Below are positions 47,104 through 56,510 of a DNA stretch of 64,000 bases, piece by piece (position 1 is the stretch's first letter; each line of letters starts with the position of its first letter). Origin of the DNA: a candidate division WOR-3 bacterium (GTDB lineage Bacteria; Hydrothermota; Tepidihabitantia; SM23-42); contig CP070686.1 of assembly GCA_020353055.1 (NCBI GenBank), positions 1,323,160 to 1,387,159 of the forward strand, given 5' to 3'. The notes beneath the pieces are model-generated. The model was not told the DNA's origin. It saw only the letters and a program-made list of their open reading frames with translations, and ran no database searches. Made by a program: the position numbers and the translations under genes.

Positions 47104-47796
47104 TTAGTCGGGTTTGGGGGGCGACAACTCATCGACAATATCAAGCAAATGAATAATATCGTCGACCTCATAGTCGGCGCCAGAATTCTCTGTTCCAAAC
47201 CGATCACCATAGCGTGCAAAAACCGTCCTCATCTTCAGTAATTTTGCCCCGTAAATATCACGCTCTGCCCAATCACCGACCATGATCGCCTGTTCCGGTT
47301 CGACCTGTAATTTCTGCAATGCGAGTTTGAAAGGCTCGGGAGCAGGTTTTTTCTTGTTGGTGTCTTCAAACGTGATGACGATATCGAATATGTTATGCAG
47401 GTTTAATTGGCACAGCCTCAACCACGCCTGCAGACGTGGTGCGTCACTGAGGACTGCCAACTTGATGCCACGTTTCATCAGTTCCATTAGCACCAATTGA
47501 ACATGCGGGTATAATACAAGCGCAGCCTCTCGCGCGCGCCTATACCCAATTATCCCAGCGGCGTGGATACGGTAGTCGATCAAACCGAGTTCACGGGTCA
47601 AAAACTTATCGAATACTCTCTGATCCTCGATACCTTCTTCTTCATATATTTCATAGATCTTTTCTATGACCTTCTTCTTAGACATTTTCAACCCGGCGTC
47701 GATCATCGCAAGCGCGGCGCTCTCAATTGCCCGGTCCTTCATAGCCATAAAGTCGACCAGCGTGTTATCCAGGTCGAAAATGATCGCCTTTATCAC
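47104..47796 (-). CDS. HAD-superfamily hydrolase (subfamily IA-like)
   Basis: Motif I IIFDLDNTLV and motif IV-like MVGDWAERDIYGA. It overlaps the stop of the upstream GalT-like gene by 4 nt. Confidence 0.8.
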   Translation of the reverse strand: MIKAIIFDLDNTLVDFMAMKDRAIESAALAMIDAGLKMSKKKVIEKIYEIYEEEGIEDQRVFDKFLTRELGLIDYRIHAAGIIGYRRAREAALVLYPHVQLVLMELMKRGIKLAVLSDAPRLQAWLRLCQLNLHNIFDIVITFEDTNKKKPAPEPFKLALQKLQVEPEQAIMVGDWAERDIYGAKLLKMRTVFARYGDRFGTENSGADYEVDDIIHLLDIVDELSPPKPD

Positions 47797-48803
47797 AATT
47801 TCTCCCTGAACATGCCCGCCGCCTTTTCTGGTGCAATACGGTTAATATAGAATCCAGTCCCCAGCTCAAATCCAGTGGTGCGATACATCCTCGGTGTTAT
47901 TTCGATGTGCCAGTGATAATCGAATTTGATTGTCGACCAGTAGTTTGTTCTCGGCAATAAGTTCGGGCTGTCACATAGAATAAGGTTGTAAGGAGGGTCA
48001 TCGAGTATGTCATACATCGTTTTGCATATTTTCTTCATCACCGTTGACAGATCCATGATTTCTTCTTTGCCGATAAGTTTGTACGTGAAGGCATGCTTCT
48101 TGGGCAATATCAGGATCTCAAACGGAAACCTCGACGCATATGGCGCGATTACAACAAAGTGTTCACTCTGGAAGATTAGGCGGTCACCCATTTCTATTTC
48201 TTGCTGAATTATGTCGCAGAACAAACAGCGCTCCTTATAACTGTAGTATTCCTGCGCACCGTTCAGCTTCTGTTTAACACGTACCGGGGTCGCAGGCAGA
48301 GCGATCAGATCAGAATGTGTGTGGATCATCGTCGTTGCTCCAGCAAGCCGACCGTGGTTCTTGAAAACGAGTATGTAGCGCATTCGCTTGTCATTATGCA
48401 AATCATCGATTCTCTGTCTGTATGTCTTAAGAACTAGTGAAATCTGACCTTCAGTTAGCTCGAAGAAATTTGTGACATGATTGGGTGTTTCAACAATGAC
48501 CTCATTGGCTCCGATACCAGTGACCATGTCATAAACACCAACACCATATTTCTGGAGTTCACCCTCGATTCGTAAGATTGGACTGATGTTCGGAATAACA
48601 CGCAGCTTCCACCCTGGAGTGTTAGGCGCACCGTTATCGCGAACCGCATATATCTCATTAGGAGTCCGTGCTTCATGTCCTTCACAGAACGGGCAATCAC
48701 CTGGAGTCATCTGGTCTCTGACGGGTAACTTGGGGATACGGTCATTCTCAGTGTCAATTATGACCCATGTATCAGTGACAATATCTCTCCTCACCTCAGA
48801 CAT
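47793..48803 (-). CDS. GalT-superfamily paralog with HxHxD active-site variant
   Basis: RRDIVTDTWVII, CPFCEGHE and HTHSDL. The start at 48803 sits behind AAAGGAGG; the track start is 48851. Confidence 0.75.
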   Translation of the reverse strand: MSEVRRDIVTDTWVIIDTENDRIPKLPVRDQMTPGDCPFCEGHEARTPNEIYAVRDNGAPNTPGWKLRVIPNISPILRIEGELQKYGVGVYDMVTGIGANEVIVETPNHVTNFFELTEGQISLVLKTYRQRIDDLHNDKRMRYILVFKNHGRLAGATTMIHTHSDLIALPATPVRVKQKLNGAQEYYSYKERCLFCDIIQQEIEMGDRLIFQSEHFVVIAPYASRFPFEILILPKKHAFTYKLIGKEEIMDLSTVMKKICKTMYDILDDPPYNLILCDSPNLLPRTNYWSTIKFDYHWHIEITPRMYRTTGFELGTGFYINRIAPEKAAGMFREKL

Positions 48804-48874
48804 CAACTTCCTCCTTTTTGATCTCTGTTGCAGCGGATAGCCAAGATCCAATACACGCCATGCTTAAAATAATA

Positions 48875-49513
48875 CTACTCGGATTTCGCCCAGTGTCCAG
48901 CTCTTCGGTGAGCAAATCTGAGCGGCTCCGGTATCTTATATCTTGTCGCCGTCGATAAGACAACACTGCGGCACACAAGCAGATCAACAAGATGGCCTGG
49001 TGATACGAACAGTGGCTTTACTTTGCTGCGCGTCCTGAGAACGAGACCGATATTCTTACCATCCACCTTCAAGAACGAATATGAACCACGTTCCGGTCCT
49101 GGCACTTCATAATTGCCGTACAGGTGCGACTTCGCACAACCCACCGTTGGTAATCCCAGCACGACGCCAGCATGCGAAGCCAGGCCGAGGCCTCTCGGAT
49201 GCGCAATTCCCTGACCATCGACAAGAAGCAAGCTTGGTTTCTTTCTAAGCTTACGGTAAGCCTTGATCATCACTGGCAGTTCACGAAACGATAGGAAACC
49301 AGGAACATACGGCATCTTCTCACGCATCCTGGCGTGGCTCTCTTCTATCAACCGGAGTTCAGGAAAAGAGAGAACGCAGATTGCACAGTACAGATATCCT
49401 CTTCTGCATGCCACATCGGCACCTGCGACCGATGTAAAATCTCTCTTCATGGTAGTAACTCTTACACGTTTAGCGAGTTGGATTTGGTTCTGCGTCAGTT
49501 GGGCAATTCTCAA
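48875..49513 (-). CDS. nfi: endonuclease V
   Basis: VAGADVA, YVPGFLSFRE and LLVDGQGIAHPRGLGLASHAG. Confidence 0.85.
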   Translation of the reverse strand: MRIAQLTQNQIQLAKRVRVTTMKRDFTSVAGADVACRRGYLYCAICVLSFPELRLIEESHARMREKMPYVPGFLSFRELPVMIKAYRKLRKKPSLLLVDGQGIAHPRGLGLASHAGVVLGLPTVGCAKSHLYGNYEVPGPERGSYSFLKVDGKNIGLVLRTRSKVKPLFVSPGHLVDLLVCRSVVLSTATRYKIPEPLRFAHRRAGHWAKSE

Positions 49514-49519
49514 CTGGTC

Positions 49520-51346
49520 TTACTCAACAGTTACACTTTTTGCCAAATTCCTCGGCCGGTCCACATCAAGTCCCTTGAGGGTCGCTATATGATAAGCAAG
49601 TAACTGCAAGGGTATTACCGAAAGGATGGGCGAGACATACTCGAGACATTCTGGTATCGCTATCGAATACTTGCCTACGCTTCGAGTCCGCCGGTCGCCT
49701 TTGGTAACAATACATATCGGGATACCCTTTCGCGTCACGACTTCCTGGATGTTATTCAACATCTTGTCATACACGCTGGAACGAGGGTTAATACAGACGA
49801 TCGGCATCTTGCTGTCAATGAGCGCAATCGGACCATGCTTCATCTCACCCGCTGCATACCCTGTCGCATTGATATAGCTGATCTCCTTGAGCTTGAGCGC
49901 ACCCTCAAGCGCGGTCGCATAGTTCAAACCACGACCCAAGAACAAAAAATCACGCGAATTGCAAAATATCTTGGCGATATCTTTTATACGATCATCGAGT
50001 TGAAGGATTTGCTCAACCTGCCCTGGGACCTTTTTCAGTGCTGCAAAGTGGTTAGCAAGATCTTCCTTGCTGACAAATCCCCTCAACAAACCAAGATAGA
50101 GCGCAAGGAAATACAGGTTCACAATCTCTGCCGTGTACGCTTTGGTGGATGCAACACCAATCTCCGGACCAGCGAGTATCTCAATGATCCCATCCGACTC
50201 CCTGTGAATGCTTGATTGTGCAACGTTTACCAGAGATAGCACCTTGAGAAATTTCACCTTTGCCTCACGTAGACCAGCAATCGTATCGGCCGTCTCTCCG
50301 GATTGACTTATTGCCATCACGAGAGTATCGCTGTCGAGCACCGCATCGCGATAGCGGAATTCGCTTGAGATATCAACTTCGGTATGGATGCGCGCGAATT
50401 TCTCTATCAGGTATTTACCGACTAGACCGGCATGCCATGAAGTACCGCATGCCTGGATAACAATCCTCGAAACATTCCTCAATTCACTCTCGGACAAACC
50501 AAGACCATCACCTGGATCTATCCGCCTGTCAACTATCCGCTCGTTGACTATGTGGTGCAACACCTTTGGTTGCTCGAAGATTTCTTTCAACATGAAATGA
50601 GTAAAATGCCCCTTGTCGATATCCTCTACTTCTATCAACACCTTATCAGGTGAGACTTTGATTTCCTTACCCTGAAAATTAGTGACAATGCATTTGCCTT
50701 TGCCCAATACTACAATGCTGTCATTGGGTATGTGAATTACTTGATCAAAAATACTGACCACTCCTGATATGTCCGAAGCAATGGCGGCTTCTTTTGCATT
50801 ATAACAGCATATGAGCGGTGCATCATGGCGTGCGCAAACCAGCCGGTTCGGTTCACTAACACTGATAACCGCGAACGCGAAGTTACCGCTTAGCTTCTTC
50901 ACCGTGAGTTTAACGGCTTCTGCCAAACCTTTCTTGAGATTTTCCTCGATGAGATGGATGATCACCTCGGAATCAGTCAACGACCGGAATATATGCCCTT
51001 TTTCCTCAAGATCGTCCTTCAGCGCAACGTAGTTCTCAATTATGCCGTTTACGACAAGGGCCATTTCTTCGTTACAGTCAAGCAAAGGGTGTGTATTGTT
51101 CTCCTGCGGTAACCCGTGCGTCGCCCACCGAGTATGCCCCACGCCAATTGTTCCATGGACCGGCTTACGTTTGATCAATTCCTCAAGTTCACTCAGTTTG
51201 CCAGGAACCTTTCTGATAATCAGCTCACCGTTACTGATTACCGCAATACCGCTTGAATCATACCCTCGGTATTCAAGCCGCCACAGGCCTCCCAGCAGAA
51301 CGCTCGGAACGTCACGACCCCCTACATAACCAATAATCCCACACAT
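49520..51346 (-). CDS. glmS: glutamine--fructose-6-phosphate aminotransferase
   Basis: MCGIIGYVG (Cys right after the initiator Met sets the start at 51346), two SIS domains, and a C-terminal ...KSVTVE. Confidence 0.9.
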   Translation of the reverse strand: MCGIIGYVGGRDVPSVLLGGLWRLEYRGYDSSGIAVISNGELIIRKVPGKLSELEELIKRKPVHGTIGVGHTRWATHGLPQENNTHPLLDCNEEMALVVNGIIENYVALKDDLEEKGHIFRSLTDSEVIIHLIEENLKKGLAEAVKLTVKKLSGNFAFAVISVSEPNRLVCARHDAPLICCYNAKEAAIASDISGVVSIFDQVIHIPNDSIVVLGKGKCIVTNFQGKEIKVSPDKVLIEVEDIDKGHFTHFMLKEIFEQPKVLHHIVNERIVDRRIDPGDGLGLSESELRNVSRIVIQACGTSWHAGLVGKYLIEKFARIHTEVDISSEFRYRDAVLDSDTLVMAISQSGETADTIAGLREAKVKFLKVLSLVNVAQSSIHRESDGIIEILAGPEIGVASTKAYTAEIVNLYFLALYLGLLRGFVSKEDLANHFAALKKVPGQVEQILQLDDRIKDIAKIFCNSRDFLFLGRGLNYATALEGALKLKEISYINATGYAAGEMKHGPIALIDSKMPIVCINPRSSVYDKMLNNIQEVVTRKGIPICIVTKGDRRTRSVGKYSIAIPECLEYVSPILSVIPLQLLAYHIATLKGLDVDRPRNLAKSVTVE

Positions 51347-51492
51347 CGTGCAATTGTATCTAGGACTGCGCATTTGTCAATAGAGGGAGAGATATATCCG
51401 CCCATTGAATATCTTGACTTTCCACAGGCGGTCGGCTATGCTTGTGTATATTTGATTGCGATGTGGCACGAGTTTGTCTATTGAATAAAATT

Positions 51493-52467
51493 ATGGAAGA
51501 AGAGGGACCACGAATTCTCTCAAGACAGCCGATCATGCGCCGAATGGTCGTGGCGATGATACCATGCATTCTAGCATCCATTTATTTTTTCGGCTGGCGG
51601 TCGCTAATTATCGTGGTCGTGTCATGCATCGTGGGGTTTGCCGCCGAATACTTTTTCGCCCGCCGTCGTAAGGAACCGGTCACCGAAGCCGTTTTCGTCT
51701 CAGCCATAATCTACGCGCTCATCATGCCACCGACAGTACCTTGGCATGTTTTGGTTTTCGGTATGGTATTCGCAATCGTTTTCGGCAAAATGGTTTTCGG
51801 AGGATTCGGTTTCAACATCTTCAATCCGGCAATGGTGGGGCGAGCGTTCGTCTACATCTGTTTTCCTATCGCACTCACCGCGACCTGGGCACCTGCCGCG
51901 CAGGGTTTTTGGGGTGCTTTGGGCACGTGGAGTACAGCCCTAAACCCCGATGTTATCACTACCGCAACTCCGATGGCATTGGCAAAAGCAGGTCAGGCCG
52001 TACCGCCTTTAGTCCACCTGATGCTCGGCAGATTGTCCGGAACCATGGGTGTTACCAGTGTAATTGCCATCCTGATCGGCGGAGGATATGTCTTCATTTC
52101 AAAAACCGCCAATCGCTGGATTATCCTCACGGTCATTTCCACATATGTGATACTCAATGGTTTGCTCGTCATACTCAATGTGAAAGTAGCACCGGGGATA
52201 CTGCCGGCATTATTCGGCGGCGGTTTTCTTTTTGGCGCTTTCTTTATGGCTACAGACCCGGTGAGCGCTCCGAAAACACATCGGGCCCGGATAGTGTATT
52301 CGGTAATCATTGCAGGTAGCACGGTCGTGATCCGCAATTTTTCAGTCTTCAACGGAGGTTTCATGTTCTCACTGCTGATTGCAAATATGTTTGCACCGAT
52401 CATCGATCACGCGTTCAAAACCAGAACTACCGGAAAGATGCCATTGGAAAAGGACGATCCTAAATGA
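51493..52467 (+). CDS. nqrB: NqrB/RnfD-family membrane subunit (RnfD-like length and N-terminus)
   Basis: IYFFGW, FGGFGFNIFNPAMVGRAF, FMATDPVSAP, and DVITTATPMA at the FMN-threonine site position. The start at ATG 51493 gives 324 aa. Confidence 0.8.
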   Translation: MEEEGPRILSRQPIMRRMVVAMIPCILASIYFFGWRSLIIVVVSCIVGFAAEYFFARRRKEPVTEAVFVSAIIYALIMPPTVPWHVLVFGMVFAIVFGKMVFGGFGFNIFNPAMVGRAFVYICFPIALTATWAPAAQGFWGALGTWSTALNPDVITTATPMALAKAGQAVPPLVHLMLGRLSGTMGVTSVIAILIGGGYVFISKTANRWIILTVISTYVILNGLLVILNVKVAPGILPALFGGGFLFGAFFMATDPVSAPKTHRARIVYSVIIAGSTVVIRNFSVFNGGFMFSLLIANMFAPIIDHAFKTRTTGKMPLEKDDPK

Positions 52468-53087
52468 GTCTTAAAGATCGAGCATGGTTTCCGATAGTCT
52501 ATATGTTCGGGATAACTCTCTTATTGAGCACTATTTTGATCATATTTGGCACGCTGACACGTAAAAGAGTCAAGGAAAACGAAACGGTCGCCTTTGAACG
52601 AGCAGTGCTCGAAGCACTCCCGATTGACCTGCCGGCTGCTGTGACACCGAACCAGATCCACAGCATCTACGTATCTGACATCCGTGAAGCTAACGACAGC
52701 AGCGCTGGCGCCTTGAGGTATGTTAAGGAGGACACCCTCAAGGGTTTCGCATTACCGCTGGAAGGTCCGGGGTTTTGGGCACCAATAAAAGGAGTCATCG
52801 GTATCGAACCCGATGGCCTGACCATAACGGGCATAGCTTTCTACGAACAAAACGAGACCCCGGGGCTTGGAGGAGAAATCACGAAGAGCACATTCCGGGA
52901 CCAATTCAAAGGTAAGAAGATAGCTGAAACAGAAACGCCTCTCCAAATCCGAAATCCAAGCGAAGCGCTGGATGGAAGCTCAGTGCATGCAATAACAGGC
53001 GCAACTCAGACGAGTAACAGACTGGCCGCGTTCTTGAATGCCTACCTCCTCGAGTGGCGTAAGCAAAGGATGGACCGCAAATGGTAG
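52464..53087 (+). CDS. nqrC: NqrC/RnfG-family FMN-binding subunit
   Basis: N-terminal TM helix, ETPGLGGEI, and HAITGATQTSNRL (FMN attachment motif). ATGA overlap with the previous gene. Confidence 0.75.
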   Translation: MSLKDRAWFPIVYMFGITLLLSTILIIFGTLTRKRVKENETVAFERAVLEALPIDLPAAVTPNQIHSIYVSDIREANDSSAGALRYVKEDTLKGFALPLEGPGFWAPIKGVIGIEPDGLTITGIAFYEQNETPGLGGEITKSTFRDQFKGKKIAETETPLQIRNPSEALDGSSVHAITGATQTSNRLAAFLNAYLLEWRKQRMDRKW

Positions 53088-53719
53088 GACGCAAGAAAAC
53101 GAAAGATGTCGTCCTCACTGCGGTTTGGGGAGAAAATCCGGTCTTTCGACAAATTCTCGGCATCTGCAGTGCTCTCGCTGTGACAAATCTGGTGTTGAAT
53201 ACTATGGTCATGGGTGCTGCCGTCATTTTTACCACCGCCCTATCGGGGTTTACGGTATCGCTGCTGCGTAAATATACCCCTCGTATCATCCGCATGATGG
53301 TCGAAGTTTTAATCATCGCCTTCTACGTCATCCTGTTCGATCAAGCACTAAAAGCCTACTGGCCAGACATGAGCGGCAATCTGGGTCCCTATGTTGGTCT
53401 CATCATAACTAACTGTATCATCATGGGGCGAGCCGAGGCATTTGCCAATAACAACCCACCTTTACTCTCATTTGTGGACGGTTTCTCCTCCGGTGCAGGC
53501 TATTCACTCGTATTGATATGTGTCGCAGTTGTACGCGAACTCCTGGGCATGGGTTCACTCATGGGTATACCCGTGCCTTTCTTCTCATCGGCGTTGTGGG
53601 ATCGCTGGATAATCATGGTAATGCCACCAGGTGCATTCTTCACCCTGGCCGTCATCGTCTGGCTGGCCAGAACAATGCAGAAAGATACTGAAGAAAAGAA
53701 GACGAAAGGCAGCAAATGA
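53081..53719 (+). CDS. nqrD: NqrD-type membrane subunit
   Basis: NPVFRQILGICSALAVT, DQALKAY and VGLIITNCIIMGRAEAFA are closer to NqrD than to RnfE strings as I remember them. Confidence 0.85.
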   Translation: MVGRKKTKDVVLTAVWGENPVFRQILGICSALAVTNLVLNTMVMGAAVIFTTALSGFTVSLLRKYTPRIIRMMVEVLIIAFYVILFDQALKAYWPDMSGNLGPYVGLIITNCIIMGRAEAFANNNPPLLSFVDGFSSGAGYSLVLICVAVVRELLGMGSLMGIPVPFFSSALWDRWIIMVMPPGAFFTLAVIVWLARTMQKDTEEKKTKGSK

Positions 53720-54321
53720 CATCATCGGATAGCAGCATGCTGCACCTATCGATAATTCTGTTCACGGCTGTGTTCACGGATAACATACTCCTTGCCCGTT
53801 TTCTTGGTATGTGTTCATTCCTCTCTGTATCAAGACAGGTTAAAACTGCGCTGGGCCTTGGTTTTGCCGTGGTTTTCGTCATGACATTCACGATAGCGCT
53901 TGACTGGCTTGCTTATCGATACATCCTCGAACCCTATGCGATCGAGTATTTCCGTTTCATACTCTTCATCGTTATCATTGCCGCATTTGTGCAATTCGTC
54001 GAGATGGCCATCGAGCGTTACTCACCGGTCTTATACCAAAATCTTGGCATCTTTCTGCCACTGATCACGGTCAATTGCGCGATCTTGGGCGCCTCCCTCT
54101 TTATGGTCATCCGGGAATACAACCTTGCCGAAGCAATTGCGTTTGGCTTCGGGAGTGGAGTTGGTTGGATGCTTGCGATCATTGCGATGGCAGGTATACG
54201 GGAGAAGCTTAATAACGCACTGATTCCAAAAGGGCTGCAGGGTCCAGGTATAACTCTCATCATAGCCGGCATCATGGCCCTGGCTTTCATCGGATTTACA
54301 GGTGTGCTTTCGGGACGGTGA
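53716..54321 (+). CDS. nqrE: NqrE-type membrane subunit
   Basis: FLGMCSFLSVS, LGIFLPLITVNCAILG and GFGSGVGWMLAIIAMAGIREK. Confidence 0.85.
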   Translation: MTSSDSSMLHLSIILFTAVFTDNILLARFLGMCSFLSVSRQVKTALGLGFAVVFVMTFTIALDWLAYRYILEPYAIEYFRFILFIVIIAAFVQFVEMAIERYSPVLYQNLGIFLPLITVNCAILGASLFMVIREYNLAEAIAFGFGSGVGWMLAIIAMAGIREKLNNALIPKGLQGPGITLIIAGIMALAFIGFTGVLSGR

Positions 54322-54349
54322 TGCTGGATCTGCAACGCGCCAGGTAATC

Positions 54350-55462
54350 ATGGACCTCTTCATAATTCCGATAGCAATTGTAAGTGTTGTAGGCGCGCTC
54401 CTGGCTGCCGCCCTGGTCTTTGCGGAACGGGTGATAACCAATTACGGCGATGTCGAGGTGGACATAAACGATGGCGAAAAGCTCTTTACGGTAAGGGGCG
54501 GCGGTTCGCTGCTCGAAAATCTTACATTGCAGAAAATCTTCATACCTTCGGCTTGCGGAGGACGCGGTACGTGCGGTTACTGTAAGGTCAAAGTAACCGA
54601 TGGAGCCGGACCACTACTCCCGACCGAAGAACCTTATATGGATGCTGTTGAACGTAAAGAAGGCATCAGGCTTTCCTGTCAGGTCAAACTTAGAAATGAT
54701 CTGAAAATCGAAATACCCGATGAACTTCTGACCATACGAGAATATCTATGCACGTGCAGCGAGATCCTCGACTACACCTATGACATAAAACAATTCCGGC
54801 TAGCTTTCCTCGATGGGCAACAGATGAAATACACTCCCGGGCAGTACGTTCAACTACTCTCCCCCCAATATGAGAAAAGTCCCGAAGAAGTCTACCGTGC
54901 CTACTCGGTCTCATCCGACCCGTCGAACAAGGCATTTATTGAACTGATCGTGCGCCGTGTCCCGGACGGTATCTGTACAACGTATCTGTTCGATTACCTA
55001 AAAAAGGGCGATCAAATACGCATAAACGGACCTTATGGCCATTTTTACCTGCGCGATACGGATGCACCGATCATTTTTATTGCCGGTGGCTCAGGTATTG
55101 CACCAATCAAATGCATACTACACCACATGCAAAATACGAAAAACTCTCGCAAATCTGTTTTCTTTTTCGGCGTGCGCAATACTAAAGAGCTATTCCTGGT
55201 CAACGAGATTAAGGCATTTGAAACCGCCATCGATGATTTCAAATTCATACCGGTGGTATCGCAACCAGACCCTGAAGCAAAGTGGAACGGTGCAACCGGT
55301 AGGGTGACGACGGCAGCATCGGATTATCTGCATAAGCAACCGGATGCAGGTAAATACGAAGGTTATCTCTGTGGCAGTCCGGGGATGATAGAATCATCGG
55401 TGCAAGTTTTGACGAAGTTAGGTATCCCCGAAGACAGGATCTATTTTGATAAGTTCTCATAG
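54350..55462 (+). CDS. nqrF: NqrF-type reductase subunit (TM helix + 2Fe-2S ferredoxin + FAD/NAD(P)-binding FNR fold)
   Basis: Begins MDLFIIPIAIVSVVGALLAAAL. Motifs are CGGRGTCGYCKV...LSCQ, RAYSVSS and FIAGGSGIAPI. I prefer the start at ATG 54350. Confidence 0.8.
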   Translation: MDLFIIPIAIVSVVGALLAAALVFAERVITNYGDVEVDINDGEKLFTVRGGGSLLENLTLQKIFIPSACGGRGTCGYCKVKVTDGAGPLLPTEEPYMDAVERKEGIRLSCQVKLRNDLKIEIPDELLTIREYLCTCSEILDYTYDIKQFRLAFLDGQQMKYTPGQYVQLLSPQYEKSPEEVYRAYSVSSDPSNKAFIELIVRRVPDGICTTYLFDYLKKGDQIRINGPYGHFYLRDTDAPIIFIAGGSGIAPIKCILHHMQNTKNSRKSVFFFGVRNTKELFLVNEIKAFETAIDDFKFIPVVSQPDPEAKWNGATGRVTTAASDYLHKQPDAGKYEGYLCGSPGMIESSVQVLTKLGIPEDRIYFDKFS

Positions 55463-55474
55463 TGAGAGGTATAG

Positions 55475-55936
55475 ATGAAAAAATCACCACAACAACAGGA
55501 ACTCGAGAGCATGTTGAAGTCTTCTAAGTTCTCGTCCAGCGGTTTCATGGGTGCTGACAGGAGGAACCTCTGGGAGATCATCGATGCAGATGCGGCCGAG
55601 GTAGCGAAAACTGGAAAGACCATGGAAGAAGTGGCAATTCGAATGCGGCAAATCACCGCCGCCGGCGTTGAAGGCCTTGGTGAGTGGATAGAGATTAGCG
55701 AAAACCTGCAGGTAATGGTTGATGATAACCGCGGAGTGATACCCTGCCCATGGCCCCATCACGTACGGTGCCTCAAGAGAATTACAACGGTACGGAATGT
55801 ACAGACCGATACTACCCTACGCTGGTCCGAGTTGAACATCCATCTCATAAGAGAACATGGATTCTTTGAGGGTAAAGGCTCGCCCTTCAGAATCGAACCT
55901 GTCGCTTTGATAGAGATGATCTTCGCGGCCCCATAA
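55475..55936 (+). CDS. hypothetical protein coupled to the nqr operon
   Basis: 153 aa, 12 nt after the nqrF stop, with a GAGAGG SD. It contains IPCPWPHHVRC and IREHGFFEGKGSPFRIEP. I recognise no family. Confidence 0.45.
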   Translation: MKKSPQQQELESMLKSSKFSSSGFMGADRRNLWEIIDADAAEVAKTGKTMEEVAIRMRQITAAGVEGLGEWIEISENLQVMVDDNRGVIPCPWPHHVRCLKRITTVRNVQTDTTLRWSELNIHLIREHGFFEGKGSPFRIEPVALIEMIFAAP

Positions 55937-55986
55937 CCACACGACCGCCACACATCAGACTCCAACTATACTACGATAATCGGCAC

Positions 55987-56014
55987 TTGACAGATCATCC
56001 TTTTCGACTATAAT
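55987..56014 (+). promoter_or_regulatory. consensus sigma70-type promoter (TTGACA-N16-TATAAT) for fur-feoAB
   Basis: Reads TTGACA gatcatccttttcgac TATAAT. Confidence 0.5.
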
Positions 56015-56043
56015 CAATAATGAAAATGAATTGCAATTTCATT
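56015..56043 (+). promoter_or_regulatory. AT-rich inverted repeat / Fur-box-like operator candidate
   Basis: AATGAAA-N11-TTTCATT lies immediately after the -10 element. The stretch CAATAATGAAAATGAATTGC resembles tandem GATAAT-type hexamers and matches the 19-bp Fur consensus at about 12 of 19 positions by my count. Confidence 0.35.
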
Positions 56044-56077
56044 AAGGAGGTCGCATATCAATAGAGATTCTGACGCA

Positions 56078-56509
56078 ATGAAGAGTTTCGCCCGGCATAA
56101 GACAAAATACGGCTTAAAGAGTTCGAGCAAACGTACGTTCATTGTAGATTTTTTTATGAAGGCAGGCCGTCACTTCACGGTCGAGGAATTATACAACGAG
56201 ATAAAAAAACATAGGAAAGGGATAAGTTATTCTACTGTCTACCGGGCGCTTAAGTTGCTCGCAGATTGCGGTTTGGCCGGCGAGTCAATGTTCGGTGATT
56301 CTGTATCACGATATGAACCGATTAGTAGATCAGACCACCACGACCACCTCATCTGCAGCAGGTGCGGTAGGATCATTGAATTCGAGAACGGTAAAATCGA
56401 ACAACTGCAGCACAACGTAGCAGAGAAATATGGATTCTCCGTCTCTGCTCACCGACTGGAATTGTACGGCGTGTGCCGGGAGTGTCAAAGAAAACGCAGG
56501 AGAAAATGA
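56078..56509 (+). CDS. fur: Fur-family metalloregulator
   Basis: Winged-helix N-terminus, DHHDHLICSRCGRIIEF, and C-terminal CRECQ. Confidence 0.8.
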   Translation: MKSFARHKTKYGLKSSSKRTFIVDFFMKAGRHFTVEELYNEIKKHRKGISYSTVYRALKLLADCGLAGESMFGDSVSRYEPISRSDHHDHLICSRCGRIIEFENGKIEQLQHNVAEKYGFSVSAHRLELYGVCRECQRKRRRK

Positions 56510-56510
56510 A

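Noticed and set aside
51347-51492. glmS ribozyme upstream of glmS
   Set aside because: The 146-nt divergent spacer is shared with the nqrB promoter region. It is too short for the ribozyme, and no conserved core was recognised.
56044-56077. Strong SD (AAGGAGG) lies 27 nt before the fur ATG, with an in-frame ATC 6 nt after it
   Set aside because: An ATC start is very rare, and I cannot distinguish it from ATG 56078 without homolog alignment or ribosome profiling. I kept the ATG start.
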